38,722 bases of DNA from a virus (IMGVR_UViG_3300020043_002961:1-38722); one strand, 5' to 3'; shown: positions 1 through 8,784, counted from the first letter of the stretch. Notes: generated by a model not told the origin, from the sequence alone. Program-made: numbers and translations.

Positions 1-104
1 GTAGAGATAAAAAACACTCTACCCTGTAGGGTAGAGATGATCAGGAGATCAGAATTTATGAGCCGCCACACCCACCTGTACCAAAACAACGCTTGGAAAG
101 ACCT
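1..104. repeat. 104-bp perfect inverted repeat, partner at 1300..1403
   Basis: 1..104 is the exact reverse complement of 1300..1403. Confidence 0.95.
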
Positions 105-339
105 TCGGCGCAACCAATTGCAGAAGCAGCCGCTGTGCGAATTCTGTCTGGCTCGTGGAATCATCACCATGGCGACCGTGTGCGATCACATCGAACCGCA
201 TCGTGGGGATCTGGATAAGTTTTGGAATCCACTCAACCTTCAGAGCCTATGCAAGCAGTGTCACGATATAGATAAACAGAGAATAGAAAACGGACTTAAT
301 GAAAAAAAGATCATAGGGATTGATGGATGGCCAATTTAA
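58..339 (+). CDS. HNH endonuclease, HK97 gp74-like packaging-associated
   Basis: PLCEFC...VCDHIEPHRGD...FW...NLQSLCKQCH motif; AGGAG before ATG 58. Confidence 0.85.
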   Translation: MSRHTHLYQNNAWKDLRRNQLQKQPLCEFCLARGIITMATVCDHIEPHRGDLDKFWNPLNLQSLCKQCHDIDKQRIENGLNEKKIIGIDGWPI

Positions 340-380
340 GTTGTGGCAAAATAATTTCAACTTAAACAATTGGAGCCATT

Positions 381-1025
381 ATGAATAGAAATCGCACATA
401 CAGAACTGTTAGTAAGGATTGTGAAAATTGCGGATCAATTTTTTCATTTCAACATTCAATAGGAATGAAAAAGACAGTTTGCTCAGATGCTTGCATGACT
501 GAAAAGAGAGCAAAAAACAAGGCAATAAGACAGTCAAAACTTCCAAATTGCTCGGTTGAAGGATGTAAAACAAAAGCCACGAGAGTTGGTTGTGGTATGT
601 GCGAAACACATTTCTACAGACTAAGAAGGACAGGATCGACAAAAGATCCAATTTTTAAAAATTGGGCAAAGGCAACAAATGGTTACATAGCAAGAAAAGA
701 TTCCGGCCATTTTCTTTCTGGTGTTCATGGAATGATTTATCAACATAGATTTGTGCTTTTTGAAAGTATCGGAGTTGGCGAGCATCCTTGTTACTGGTGC
801 AAAGAAAAAGTTGAATGGAAGGCTCAAGGAAAAAGAAAACTTGTAGTTGATCATCTTGATGGAAACAAAGAAAACAATTCTTTAGACAATCTTGTTGCTT
901 CTTGTCATAGGTGCAACTCAGGCAGAGGACTGTTTGAGTCATGGGTAAGAAAGCATCTAGACGATCCGTTCTTACACAAAATATTTGAAGACGCAAAAGC
1001 AAAAGGACTGTTAGTTCAAAATTAA
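381..1025 (+). CDS. HNH homing-type endonuclease with N-terminal Cys-rich regions
   Basis: YQHR...CYWC...VDHLDGNKENNSLDNLVASCHRCN; AT-rich. Confidence 0.8.
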   Translation: MNRNRTYRTVSKDCENCGSIFSFQHSIGMKKTVCSDACMTEKRAKNKAIRQSKLPNCSVEGCKTKATRVGCGMCETHFYRLRRTGSTKDPIFKNWAKATNGYIARKDSGHFLSGVHGMIYQHRFVLFESIGVGEHPCYWCKEKVEWKAQGKRKLVVDHLDGNKENNSLDNLVASCHRCNSGRGLFESWVRKHLDDPFLHKIFEDAKAKGLLVQN

Positions 1026-1040
1026 GAAATTAGCCAAAAT

Positions 1041-1062
1041 AAAAGAGGCCGAAGCCTCTTTT
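1041..1062. terminator. bidirectional intrinsic terminator
   Basis: aaaagaggc-cgaa-gcctctttt between convergent ORFs. Confidence 0.8.
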
Positions 1063-1063
1063 A

Positions 1064-1159
1064 TTATTTTGTGAGAATGTCGAAGTATTCAAGCAATCCA
1101 ACCAACAACAAGCAAGCAACCACCAGTGCTGCAGCAATATCAAGAATTTTGTTTTTCAT
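1064..1159 (-). CDS. 31-aa single-TM peptide (MKNKILDIAAALVVACLLLVGLLEYFDILTK)
   Basis: Read manually; AAGGA SD, TATAAT upstream near 1203-1208, terminator downstream. Confidence 0.55.
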   Translation of the reverse strand: MKNKILDIAAALVVACLLLVGLLEYFDILTK

Positions 1160-1299
1160 TTAAGTTCCTTTTCATGTCCGAACCATTTCGGCGCATGAAT
1201 ACATTATACATGAATTTTTACTTTATTTAACATTAGCCACTAGGACAAACTCTATATTCTAAAAATATTTTTAGCCTTCGCCGTGCTGGGTTGCACCGT

Positions 1300-1403
1300 A
1301 GGTCTTTCCAAGCGTTGTTTTGGTACAGGTGGGTGTGGCGGCTCATAAATTCTGATCTCCTGATCATCTCTACCCTACAGGGTAGAGTGTTTTTTATCTC
1401 TAC
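1300..1403. repeat. second copy of 104-bp inverted repeat, containing the truncated 5' end of the gp74-like HNH gene
   Basis: Encodes MSRHTHLYQNNAWKDL on - strand, then diverges. Confidence 0.9.
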
Positions 1404-1666
1404 CCTCTTCGCAAGCCGCATGGTTGCTGACTTCCCAGTGAAATAGGGTAGAGAGGGTGGGTGAGTGACTCAAATTCCTAGAGTTCAAAAAAATCGTATG
1501 GATTCCATGCCAAACCCTATATTTACTACTTTTTCAAAGTCTCTATATTTACCTACCCTCTCTACCCTCTCTACCCTATAGTAAATAGAAACCCAGTAAC
1601 CATGCGGGTTCCGATAGTTTTTTTTATAGGGTAGAGATGAGGGTAGAGAGGGTGGAGATCAGAATT
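1348..1666. repeat. iteron-like GGGTAGAG repeat cluster in a long imperfect inverted repeat; putative replication origin
   Basis: About 9 exact GGGTAGAG/CTCTACCC copies in both orientations, directly downstream of the primase-helicase. Confidence 0.65.
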
Positions 1667-4007
1667 GGCCAATTTTCAGCGCCGGAGGAACCAGAACTAA
1701 GCTCTTTCCGCTGCTTTTTCGTTTCTGCACGTTCATCTTGCGCAGAAAGAGTCCGGCTGTCTTTGTGTCACTGCTGGTTGGCCTGTCGATGCCGCACTCC
1801 ATAAGCATCTGGGTAGTAGTAACCCACCTCCAATTAAGCTGATCTGTCTTCCACTCCAGCCGGAATGAAAGGCGCTCGTCAATGGGGTCGATCTCAGTGT
1901 GGTTGTCGTTGTGCTCATTCAACTCTGCCACCTCGTCATTTGAAAGAAACCAGCTCATTCCTTTCAGGTACATCGACTCGTAAATCTCAGCCCAGAGCTG
2001 CTGCATATCAATTTTGTGGTCGCAGTCGATTGCTTGGCAGTTAATCGTCCAAAAGCGCCTGTTTCCTGTTTTGTCCTTCAGGAACTGATCATCGTTGACC
2101 GAGCCAAAGAATACAGTGCGCCGTGCAAACGTGCGCTCTTCGCGTCCGTACGACAGACGCATCACATCGCGGTCGCTGGTAATAAAAGCCTTCAGCGCTG
2201 CTATGTCAGCTTTGCGAAAGGTAGCGTCCAATTCGCCAAGCTCAACCATCCAGTAGCTGACGGCCCGTTTAACGCTGTCACGGTCATCAGGGCGCAAGCT
2301 CAGGCCGTCTTTGATGACATCCAAGCTCTTTGGAGCCAGTGATTTGAACCACTTCGTCTTGCCCATGTACTGCGCACCAGTGAACACTAGCACGCCAGCT
2401 GTAGATGCGCCGTTCGGCTCAAAAGCAGCTGCAATTGCAGACAGAAGCCACTTAGTCATCATGGCCTCTTTGAGCTGCTTGACCTTCTGATCCGAGTCTT
2501 GATTTGCGGCCGTGACTGTGTTGTGAAAATCACTTATTCGAGATTTTCCGTCCCACGGCTTGCTAGTCACCCACGTTGTCACGGGGTTGTAGATGTTGCT
2601 GTCTGCGATGTACCACGTATAAGCATCCAGATCCGCCGACGAGAGCTCAAATTTCTTGCAGCTTGACGTGAACCATGCGAATGCAGCCTCGGCCTCGTTG
2701 TCCATGCTGAAGCTCTGATTCGGGATGATGATTTCTCGCTTTTTCTTGATGATGTTATAGCGAATAGTCACATCGAGACGGTGCGCAGCTGCTGCAATGT
2801 TGTTGATGGTAGATAGTGGTTTACCTTTGCTGTTTATGTCAGGTAATGGGCTGTACCAATCAACAGAATCGCCAAAATTGTGCTCAATGATCTCGCCTGT
2901 ATCTGGATCTATCGTCTCAGTATTTCTTGCAGGAGCTGGAGCTGCAATAGCTCGCTGCTTCAATTCCGGAGCCTTGCGTGGTTGTAATTTACCCTTCTGA
3001 AATGCGCTGTGAAGCGTTGAGTCAATCTCTGATGTTTGAAGGCCGTTGATCTCTGCCGCTTCAGAAAGCGAGTTCCAGGCCAAGCTCTCGTTCAATTCTC
3101 CGCTGCCTACGAATTGAGCAATGCAAAACGCCTCTGAATTGAGTGTGTCGTTTCGCTGGCCAGAAGGCGCGTTTTGAACCTTCTGAATTGCGTTGTCAAG
3201 CGCCGACAAAACGTATTTACGATTCGGCGTGGCAGACTGAGCGTGAGATTCAGATTGTTGTGGTCGTACACGCTCCACAACAGGCTCAACAAACTGATGG
3301 GCCATCAGCATATCCATCGTCACCAATCCTGCGCCCTGTGGGCTCTCAAGCAGTTCTGATCGCCTATGTGGACGCTCCGAAGAGTTATCCCCCTTAGTTG
3401 ACATGGTTCCGTACAGCTTAACGATGCGCGATGCGTTTGATACCTTCACATCTACGTGCGCAATGTCAGTGCTGAAGTTTGCGTGAAGATATTTCAAAAA
3501 GCCTTTGACGGCAGCTGTGACTTCGCTGGTGTTTTCAAGATCGCACTTGTAAAGCAGGTGAAATCCGTTGCCTGAATCAGCAACAAAAGGCACTGGAAAT
3601 CCAGCATCGGCCATTTTGTCTCGAATCCGCATGGCCACGTCATACGACTCTTTTTTCTCATCATCGGTGCTTGCGCAGTCTGCTGGACGCTTTGGATCAA
3701 CGTCAACAAGAATAAGAGCTCTACGCTCGATGTCTTCATCCTTGGTTAAAAGATTTCGATCTGCATAGTCAATTGTTTTATTCTTGATGCGATCCAGAAG
3801 CTCAGGCTTTACTGGGTTAAGCGTGATGTAGATGGATGGCACATTACCATCCAGCTCTTCAACCGCCTTCAGGAATGATGTGCCACCACCCGCGCCAAAG
3901 AATCCTGAAACTGTTCCTTTTGATGTTTTCGGAACTCGAAGCTCAAAGACACCGTGATCTTTAAACAGCGACTTGTATGTTTTCGCAATGAGTGACTTCA
4001 TCATCAC
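1659..4007 (-). CDS. primase-helicase (AEP prim-pol-like, PriCT-like, VapE/VirE P-loop ATPase)
   Basis: LVDVD and DSGNGFH primase motifs, GQRNDTLN, Walker A GAQYMGKT, WMVELGE, GNRRFW. Confidence 0.85.
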   Translation of the reverse strand: MMMKSLIAKTYKSLFKDHGVFELRVPKTSKGTVSGFFGAGGGTSFLKAVEELDGNVPSIYITLNPVKPELLDRIKNKTIDYADRNLLTKDEDIERRALILVDVDPKRPADCASTDDEKKESYDVAMRIRDKMADAGFPVPFVADSGNGFHLLYKCDLENTSEVTAAVKGFLKYLHANFSTDIAHVDVKVSNASRIVKLYGTMSTKGDNSSERPHRRSELLESPQGAGLVTMDMLMAHQFVEPVVERVRPQQSESHAQSATPNRKYVLSALDNAIQKVQNAPSGQRNDTLNSEAFCIAQFVGSGELNESLAWNSLSEAAEINGLQTSEIDSTLHSAFQKGKLQPRKAPELKQRAIAAPAPARNTETIDPDTGEIIEHNFGDSVDWYSPLPDINSKGKPLSTINNIAAAAHRLDVTIRYNIIKKKREIIIPNQSFSMDNEAEAAFAWFTSSCKKFELSSADLDAYTWYIADSNIYNPVTTWVTSKPWDGKSRISDFHNTVTAANQDSDQKVKQLKEAMMTKWLLSAIAAAFEPNGASTAGVLVFTGAQYMGKTKWFKSLAPKSLDVIKDGLSLRPDDRDSVKRAVSYWMVELGELDATFRKADIAALKAFITSDRDVMRLSYGREERTFARRTVFFGSVNDDQFLKDKTGNRRFWTINCQAIDCDHKIDMQQLWAEIYESMYLKGMSWFLSNDEVAELNEHNDNHTEIDPIDERLSFRLEWKTDQLNWRWVTTTQMLMECGIDRPTSSDTKTAGLFLRKMNVQKRKSSGKSLVLVPPALKIGQF

Positions 4008-4186
4008 TCCTTAGCAATTATTGCGGCAGCAAGAAGAGCTATCGAGATGTTGTACGAGTCAGATCCTCGTGAGTAAATGATTGTTGAGTTTGCGTCAAAT
4101 TTCTCATAGACGGCTTGGAACACATCAACTGCGTGTTGAGCTTTTTCGTCAATGGATTTACCAATGGAAATGTTTTCTTGTGTCAT
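4004..4186 (-). CDS. hypothetical protein (60 aa), translationally coupled to primase
   Basis: ATG 4186 with GAAAGG SD; 4-nt overlap with primase start. Confidence 0.6.
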   Translation of the reverse strand: MTQENISIGKSIDEKAQHAVDVFQAVYEKFDANSTIIYSRGSDSYNISIALLAAAIIAKE

Positions 4187-4215
4187 TGTCCGACCTTTCA
4201 AAGCGACCATAAAAA

Positions 4216-4283
4216 GACAGAGGGCAGGCGGTGGTCGAATCCGCTTTTCGGGAGGGGAGCTACCCCGAGAACCTAGCCGTGTC
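4216..4283 (-). ncRNA. C4-like structured antisense/leader RNA
   Basis: Closing stem plus hairpins GGGG-tagct-CCCC and GCGG-attcgacca-CCGC; loop CGACC is complementary to two downstream GGTCG sites; TGaTATAGT upstream. Confidence 0.55.
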
Positions 4284-4308
4284 AAACAACTATATCACAG
4301 AGAGAAAA

Positions 4309-4503
4309 TCACTCACGCTTGAGTTTCGGCAACGGAGCCCAAGCCACATAAAACGGATCTTTTCCGTTGTACTGCCCGTACATCGCGACACCTCCAGCAC
4401 CGAGAAGCTGGCATTTAACGCCGCGTGGGCACGTTTCAATTGGTTGCCAGAAGTAGTTGTGATCTACGGCTGCTTTACCTGTGCTGTCGATTTGCGTTGT
4501 CAT
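4309..4503 (-). CDS. hypothetical phage protein (WQPIET...WAPLP, DUF551-like)
   Basis: Motifs; overlapping operon chain. Confidence 0.6.
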   Translation of the reverse strand: MTTQIDSTGKAAVDHNYFWQPIETCPRGVKCQLLGAGGVAMYGQYNGKDPFYVAWAPLPKLKRE

Positions 4504-4787
4504 TCTTGACCCCTAGCTCGAATCTGCATACCAAGCATTGCAGGTAGTGTGTTTGGATGCGCTGCGTCGCATAGCTTTGCACAAGCCTCACGCTCCTCTT
4601 TGACAGCAAGATCAACAAAATGAGGTGGAACCCATGTGTAAACGATTTCCTCGCGCAATTCTTTTCTTGTTTTGTCTGCTACCAGATTTGCAAATGCTTT
4701 GAAGTGCTCTCCTAATCCTTCGTAAACAGACAAGTCTTGCCAGAATCCTGCCTCTTTAGCCATCTCAATAATTTCATCTCTCTGCAT
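4500..4787 (-). CDS. hypothetical phage protein (EREACAK...IRARG type)
   Basis: Common small phage protein motif; coupled overlaps. Confidence 0.65.
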   Translation of the reverse strand: MQRDEIIEMAKEAGFWQDLSVYEGLGEHFKAFANLVADKTRKELREEIVYTWVPPHFVDLAVKEEREACAKLCDAAHPNTLPAMLGMQIRARGQE

Positions 4788-4956
4788 TGCGCTTCTCCTT
4801 ATAAATTTTCCTCAGCTTCGGCAACAACTTCGCGTGCGAATCTGGGTATTTTTCTTTCAGCCATTGCACAACTCTGAAGACATAGAAAGACGTATTGCTA
4901 CGCCTTTCCAGAAACTTCAGTAGCTCTGCTTCAGCTGCGTGTGTTTTGTTGCTCAT
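4774..4956 (-). CDS. hypothetical protein
   Basis: Operon tiling with overlapping neighbours. Confidence 0.55.
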   Translation of the reverse strand: MSNKTHAAEAELLKFLERRSNTSFYVFRVVQWLKEKYPDSHAKLLPKLRKIYKEKRNAER

Positions 4957-5207
4957 GGCTTACTGGATAGACCGCGCCATTTAGATTCGTGAAGAATCAT
5001 GCTTGATAAGCTGCACCTGTCCGATTTGTTTTTTTGGCCACGAGCATCTCGAACAGTTGAAGCGCAGAGTCTCCAGCCCTTGTTGTCGTAATACGCATAT
5101 CTGTTGGCGTTGTTGTTTGGTGTATCGACCTCATACACGCCGTCTCTGACTGGATTTACGCTAACTGGAAACCACTCAGTCACACCATGGGTTTGTTTTG
5201 ACTTCAT
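4953..5207 (-). CDS. hypothetical protein (TEWFP..PVRDGVYEV...WRGL)
   Basis: Recurrent phage motif; tiling. Confidence 0.6.
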   Translation of the reverse strand: MKSKQTHGVTEWFPVSVNPVRDGVYEVDTPNNNANRYAYYDNKGWRLCASTVRDARGQKNKSDRCSLSSMILHESKWRGLSSKP

Positions 5208-5550
5208 CAATAAACTCCTTCATCTGTTGTGGCGACCTGATAAGACGATACCGGCCACCCCGCTTTTGAAACGCTTGCTCCCACTTGACTTGCGCGTCTC
5301 GTTGCTTGCCTTTGAGTGTTTTGAACTCTGCGGCTGCGCAGACTGCAACAGTCTTTCCAACCATGTCTGGCGTGATGACGACTTTGACAATCGCGATCGA
5401 GTCCGAGACGCCTGGCGTTCCGACTTTAACGATTCGACTTGGATCATCCATTGAGCGAAAGACGCCCGATTGAAGTCGCATTGCCAAAACGTCTGGATCA
5501 GAACCGATTGCAAGTAGTGAAGCATTTTGAATATTTTTTTCTTTTAACAC
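5176..5550 (-). CDS. VRR-NUC (PD-(D/E)XK) nuclease / putative resolvase
   Basis: GTPGVSD...AEFK..KGKQ..Q..W....GG.Y.LIRS. Confidence 0.8.
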   Translation of the reverse strand: MLKEKNIQNASLLAIGSDPDVLAMRLQSGVFRSMDDPSRIVKVGTPGVSDSIAIVKVVITPDMVGKTVAVCAAAEFKTLKGKQRDAQVKWEQAFQKRGGRYRLIRSPQQMKEFIDEVKTNPWCD

Positions 5551-5602
5551 GGCAACTCCAGTAAAATTTCAACCGTAAGTTGCCGTTTCTCCAAGGGACG
5601 TT

Positions 5603-5636
5603 AAATGCCGCAGACCGAAACCTGCGGCATTTTTTT
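5603..5636. terminator. hairpin downstream of ssb; U-tract is stronger on the + strand
   Basis: aaatgccgcag-accgaaac-ctgcggcattttttt. Confidence 0.55.
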
Positions 5637-5638
5637 CG

Positions 5639-6097
5639 TTAGAACGGGATGTCCGATTCGAAGTCGTCGTTGTTACGCGCTGGAGGCTGGTAGTGTGGAC
5701 GAGCCTGCGGAGCCGGAGCCGCAGCAGGACGCGCTTGCTGTTGCTGGCCAGCGTTGTCAGGCTTGCTGCCAAGCAATTGCAACTCCGTAGCAACGATGTC
5801 AACCGTGTTTTTCTCAACGCCAGTATTCTTGTCTGTGTAAACGCCGTATTTAATGCGACCTTCGACATAGATTGATTTACCCTTTGTGACGTACTCGCCA
5901 GCAATCTCAGCAAGGCGATCGTAGAACGTCACTCGATGCCACTGCGTGTCTTCGATGATTTCGCCTGTCGTTTTGTCTTTACGCTTCATCGACGTTGCGA
6001 TGCTTACGTTAGCCACGGCCTTTCCGTCTGCAAGATAGCGAACCTCAGCATCGCGACCTGCGTTGCCCATCAAAATAACTTTATTTACTGACGCCAT
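5639..6097 (-). CDS. ssb: single-stranded DNA-binding protein
   Basis: MASVNKVILMGN...WHRV...YVEGRI...acidic DIPF tail. Confidence 0.97.
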   Translation of the reverse strand: MASVNKVILMGNAGRDAEVRYLADGKAVANVSIATSMKRKDKTTGEIIEDTQWHRVTFYDRLAEIAGEYVTKGKSIYVEGRIKYGVYTDKNTGVEKNTVDIVATELQLLGSKPDNAGQQQQARPAAAPAPQARPHYQPPARNNDDFESDIPF

Positions 6098-6098
6098 T

Positions 6099-6386
6099 TT
6101 ATTTCTCCTGATTTGATTGATAAATTTTCTCTGTGAGCAGGTAGCCTTCAAGCTCCCACATCTTTTCAACTGCTTTCTCGAACGAGTATTTCTCTCCGAG
6201 TGCTTGGTTGTAGTTTTTAATGTCAACGCAAGCTGAAGCTCCTTCGATTGAGAATCCATTCTCAAGAATGATCTGACAAACTGTTGTCTTTCCATTCGGC
6301 AGCAACGTGTATGTCGTGCTTTTAATCTTCGCGAGCATATCGCTCATTGACACCTTGTTTGGTATCGGCTGGTTTACTTCTTGCAT
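6099..6386 (-). CDS. N4 Gp49 / Sf6 gp66 family protein
   Basis: TVC.IILENGF.IEG.SACVD..NY...LG...A....W.LEGYLL. Confidence 0.8.
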   Translation of the reverse strand: MQEVNQPIPNKVSMSDMLAKIKSTTYTLLPNGKTTVCQIILENGFSIEGASACVDIKNYNQALGEKYSFEKAVEKMWELEGYLLTEKIYQSNQEK

Positions 6387-6587
6387 TTATTTCTCCTGAG
6401 TTAATGCGTTGTGGGATTCTTGTGCGGCCTTGATCTCTTCAATCGCCGCGTTTCTCATCATCTCGAACAGTGGCTTTGCCTGTGCTGGATCTCTGGTTTT
6501 TAAACCTTCGAGAATCAAATTGATCTCGTCGATACCAAGCACGAAGTTGACCTTGACTGCTCGATGATCAAAACATTGGTTCGTCAT
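6387..6587 (-). CDS. hypothetical protein (66 aa)
   Basis: ATG 6587 within the end of the Sak4 gene; tiling. Confidence 0.55.
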   Translation of the reverse strand: MTNQCFDHRAVKVNFVLGIDEINLILEGLKTRDPAQAKPLFEMMRNAAIEEIKAAQESHNALTQEK

Positions 6588-7572
6588 CGTCTGCTTTCTC
6601 TGGTTGTGGTTGTGGTTGTGGTTGCTCTGTGTGCATCTCTGCCGCAGGTTGCTGCTTGTTTGCAATTGCATTCAACGAAGCAATGCTCTCATCTTCATTC
6701 GCAGTGCCAAATGCTCGCTGGTCGTCGAAGGCTTTAGCTGAGGCTTTTGCAGAATCCAAAAACGCCTTTCCAAGCACTTTCTGGATGTCAGCAGGAGTCT
6801 GTGACCACTGAGCCTTCAGCGATTCCATGCCGCCCTCTGTCGAGTTCAATACCAAACCACGATAGTGTTCAATCTTTGGATCAACCTTCTCAGCGCCGTC
6901 AACCCAGTTACGCAGCGACATTCCATCTTCCGATGTGATGTAGCCTTGACCGCGACCAAGAATGTCTTTCAGCTCGGCAGGGCACTTTAGGATGTCTTGT
7001 GAATATCCTTGATTCTGCATCATCAAACTTACAGTAGCCTCATAAGAAAAATTCTTTTCTTGAATTGGCTGGATGCCAAGTTTGATTGGCTCCTTCGGAT
7101 TCGAGAAATCAACCTTCTCACGAGCGCGTGTGCAAGCGATGATGTGAGCTGGGCACTGGAGCATATATGTCATGAATCGCTTGTGCAGTTTCTTCGCCGT
7201 CTTCCAATCTGGAAAGCGCGATTGATTTGCAATCCATTCAACGCCACCTTCTGATTCGTACTCATGCGTTACAGAGTCGATCACGATCACTTCAGCGCCA
7301 GCATTACACGCAGCTTCGATTGCTGCAATGTAGCGATCAGGACTAAATGGTGAGTAGAAGTCGATGATGTTGAACGGTTGTGGCAGCGCGTTTGCGTACA
7401 GTGATCCACGGCGATTTTCTGTGTCTATGAGAACAATTTTGTTCGCATCATTACCAGCCAAGCCGTAAGCCAGCTGCAACGCTGTGTATGTCTTGCCAGA
7501 GCCAGAAACACCAGACAGTTGAATCAATAAACGTGCGCCTTGGCGCTGTGCTTTGCGTACTTCGAAACTCAT
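6568..7572 (-). CDS. Sak4-like AAA ATPase single-strand annealing recombinase
   Basis: GVSGSGKT, IDTE, VIDSVTHE; lies between exonuclease and ssb. Confidence 0.85.
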   Translation of the reverse strand: MSFEVRKAQRQGARLLIQLSGVSGSGKTYTALQLAYGLAGNDANKIVLIDTENRRGSLYANALPQPFNIIDFYSPFSPDRYIAAIEAACNAGAEVIVIDSVTHEYESEGGVEWIANQSRFPDWKTAKKLHKRFMTYMLQCPAHIIACTRAREKVDFSNPKEPIKLGIQPIQEKNFSYEATVSLMMQNQGYSQDILKCPAELKDILGRGQGYITSEDGMSLRNWVDGAEKVDPKIEHYRGLVLNSTEGGMESLKAQWSQTPADIQKVLGKAFLDSAKASAKAFDDQRAFGTANEDESIASLNAIANKQQPAAEMHTEQPQPQPQPEKADDDEPMF

Positions 7573-7757
7573 TTTTCATCCTTAGTAAAAACAACAGCCC
7601 GTCGAAACGATTTCTCAGAGCAAAATTTATTCAGATCGCCACCATCCGAATACGAAACAAATCCGTTGTGCACAGCAACCACTCGGCGGTGCGTGCTTCG
7701 CGCATTCGGCTTACGTGGCGAGTAGACTTTGCCAAGCTCAATCACGTTTTTCTTCAT
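7569..7757 (-). CDS. hypothetical protein
   Basis: Tiling, ATGA overlap. Confidence 0.55.
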   Translation of the reverse strand: MKKNVIELGKVYSPRKPNARSTHRRVVAVHNGFVSYSDGGDLNKFCSEKSFRRAVVFTKDEK

Positions 7758-7920
7758 GCTTCACCTCTTTGGTTTTGCAGTCGCCATGAGCATTGATGAA
7801 TTTCTTCATCGCCAATGTGTACTCGCTCACCTCAATCGGAAACTTCACAGCTTGTTTTGCGCCGCAAGCGTGACAGTTGAAGTGACCGTCTTTGTAGTTC
7901 ATGTGATCTTTGTTAGACAC
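7738..7920 (-). CDS. small Cys/His (Zn-ribbon-like) protein
   Basis: GTG 7920 after AGGAG; CHACG...H.DC. Confidence 0.55.
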   Translation of the reverse strand: MSNKDHMNYKDGHFNCHACGAKQAVKFPIEVSEYTLAMKKFINAHGDCKTKEVKHEEKRD

Positions 7921-8761
7921 CGTCAATCTCCTTTTCAGCCCAAACTGGTAACGACAGATTTGTGATTTCTTTGGAGTAGCTTGGCCACTCTTGCTTGCGA
8001 TGACATTCGACGATCTTCGCAAGCTGTTCGCGGTAACGCTTGTGGCCGTAGTCGATCATCTTTGATGGAGCCGAGTACATGGCAGTGGCAAATGGCGCAT
8101 CTTTCTCTTGGCAGAAATACAAGAACGGTGGGCGATCGTTGGTACGCCAGAATCGCTGCCACACATCGCAGTAAAACGCTGCTTGGTAGTGGTAGTCGAG
8201 ATTCCAATACGAACGGCCGAACTCGTGTGGTGACGCGTCCTGCGTTGTCTTGCCATCCAGAATCAATCCGTTTGGAAATTGCTCGCAAGGCATGATGGCC
8301 AAGTCTGGGCGAATCTTCAGTGTGAGCGATGTTTCTTCGTCTGCGATGAAGATCGAATTCTCAATGATGCAGTTCTCATGAGTGAGAAGCATTGACATGA
8401 CTGGATGTTTGCTGGCCAGCTCAGCCATCTTCATGATCTCGCGATACTCGTTAGGCTTGAATGGCGTTTGACCATTGGCCTCAATGTCAGCAAACAATTG
8501 CTTGCCTTCTTTGGTACGACGGTCAATGCCTTCTGGAACCTCAATGAAGTCATTGCGGAAGTTCTGCGGCTCAAACAAGGCGGTGTGCCAAGCAGTTCCA
8601 GTCAGCATTGCTGCTGTTGCTTCTTTCTTTTCACGCTCTGGATTCACGTAGGCTTGCCAGTAGTGAAGCGCTGAGCGTTCCATCACTTTGAAGTGGCTAC
8701 TTGAGATGCCATCCATTGCATGATATTCCTCGTTGGTGAGGGTTGTGGTGATGTAGTTCAC
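7913..8761 (-). CDS. RecE/exonuclease VIII-like PD-(D/E)XK nuclease (DUF3799-like)
   Basis: EYHA..GISSS, GTAWH...EP, IRPD, DGKTT, YHYQAAFY. Confidence 0.88.
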   Translation of the reverse strand: MNYITTTLTNEEYHAMDGISSSHFKVMERSALHYWQAYVNPEREKKEATAAMLTGTAWHTALFEPQNFRNDFIEVPEGIDRRTKEGKQLFADIEANGQTPFKPNEYREIMKMAELASKHPVMSMLLTHENCIIENSIFIADEETSLTLKIRPDLAIMPCEQFPNGLILDGKTTQDASPHEFGRSYWNLDYHYQAAFYCDVWQRFWRTNDRPPFLYFCQEKDAPFATAMYSAPSKMIDYGHKRYREQLAKIVECHRKQEWPSYSKEITNLSLPVWAEKEIDGV

Positions 8762-8784
8762 GACTTACTTTCGTTGTTGATGAG

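Noticed and set aside
1233-1421. 62-aa ORF as a real gene
   Set aside because: Product of the inverted-repeat junction; it is only the first residues of the HNH gene followed by unrelated sequence
1348-1666. CRISPR array
   Set aside because: Repeats are 8-9 bp, in mixed orientation, with no regular unique spacers and no cas genes
4216-4283. tRNA gene
   Set aside because: Multi-stem but lacks canonical D/T arms, a 7-nt anticodon loop and tRNA-like spacing
6600-6625. (TGGTTG)n hexamer repeat as a phase-variation tract
   Set aside because: In-frame QP linker in the disordered Sak4 tail; length change would not shift the frame
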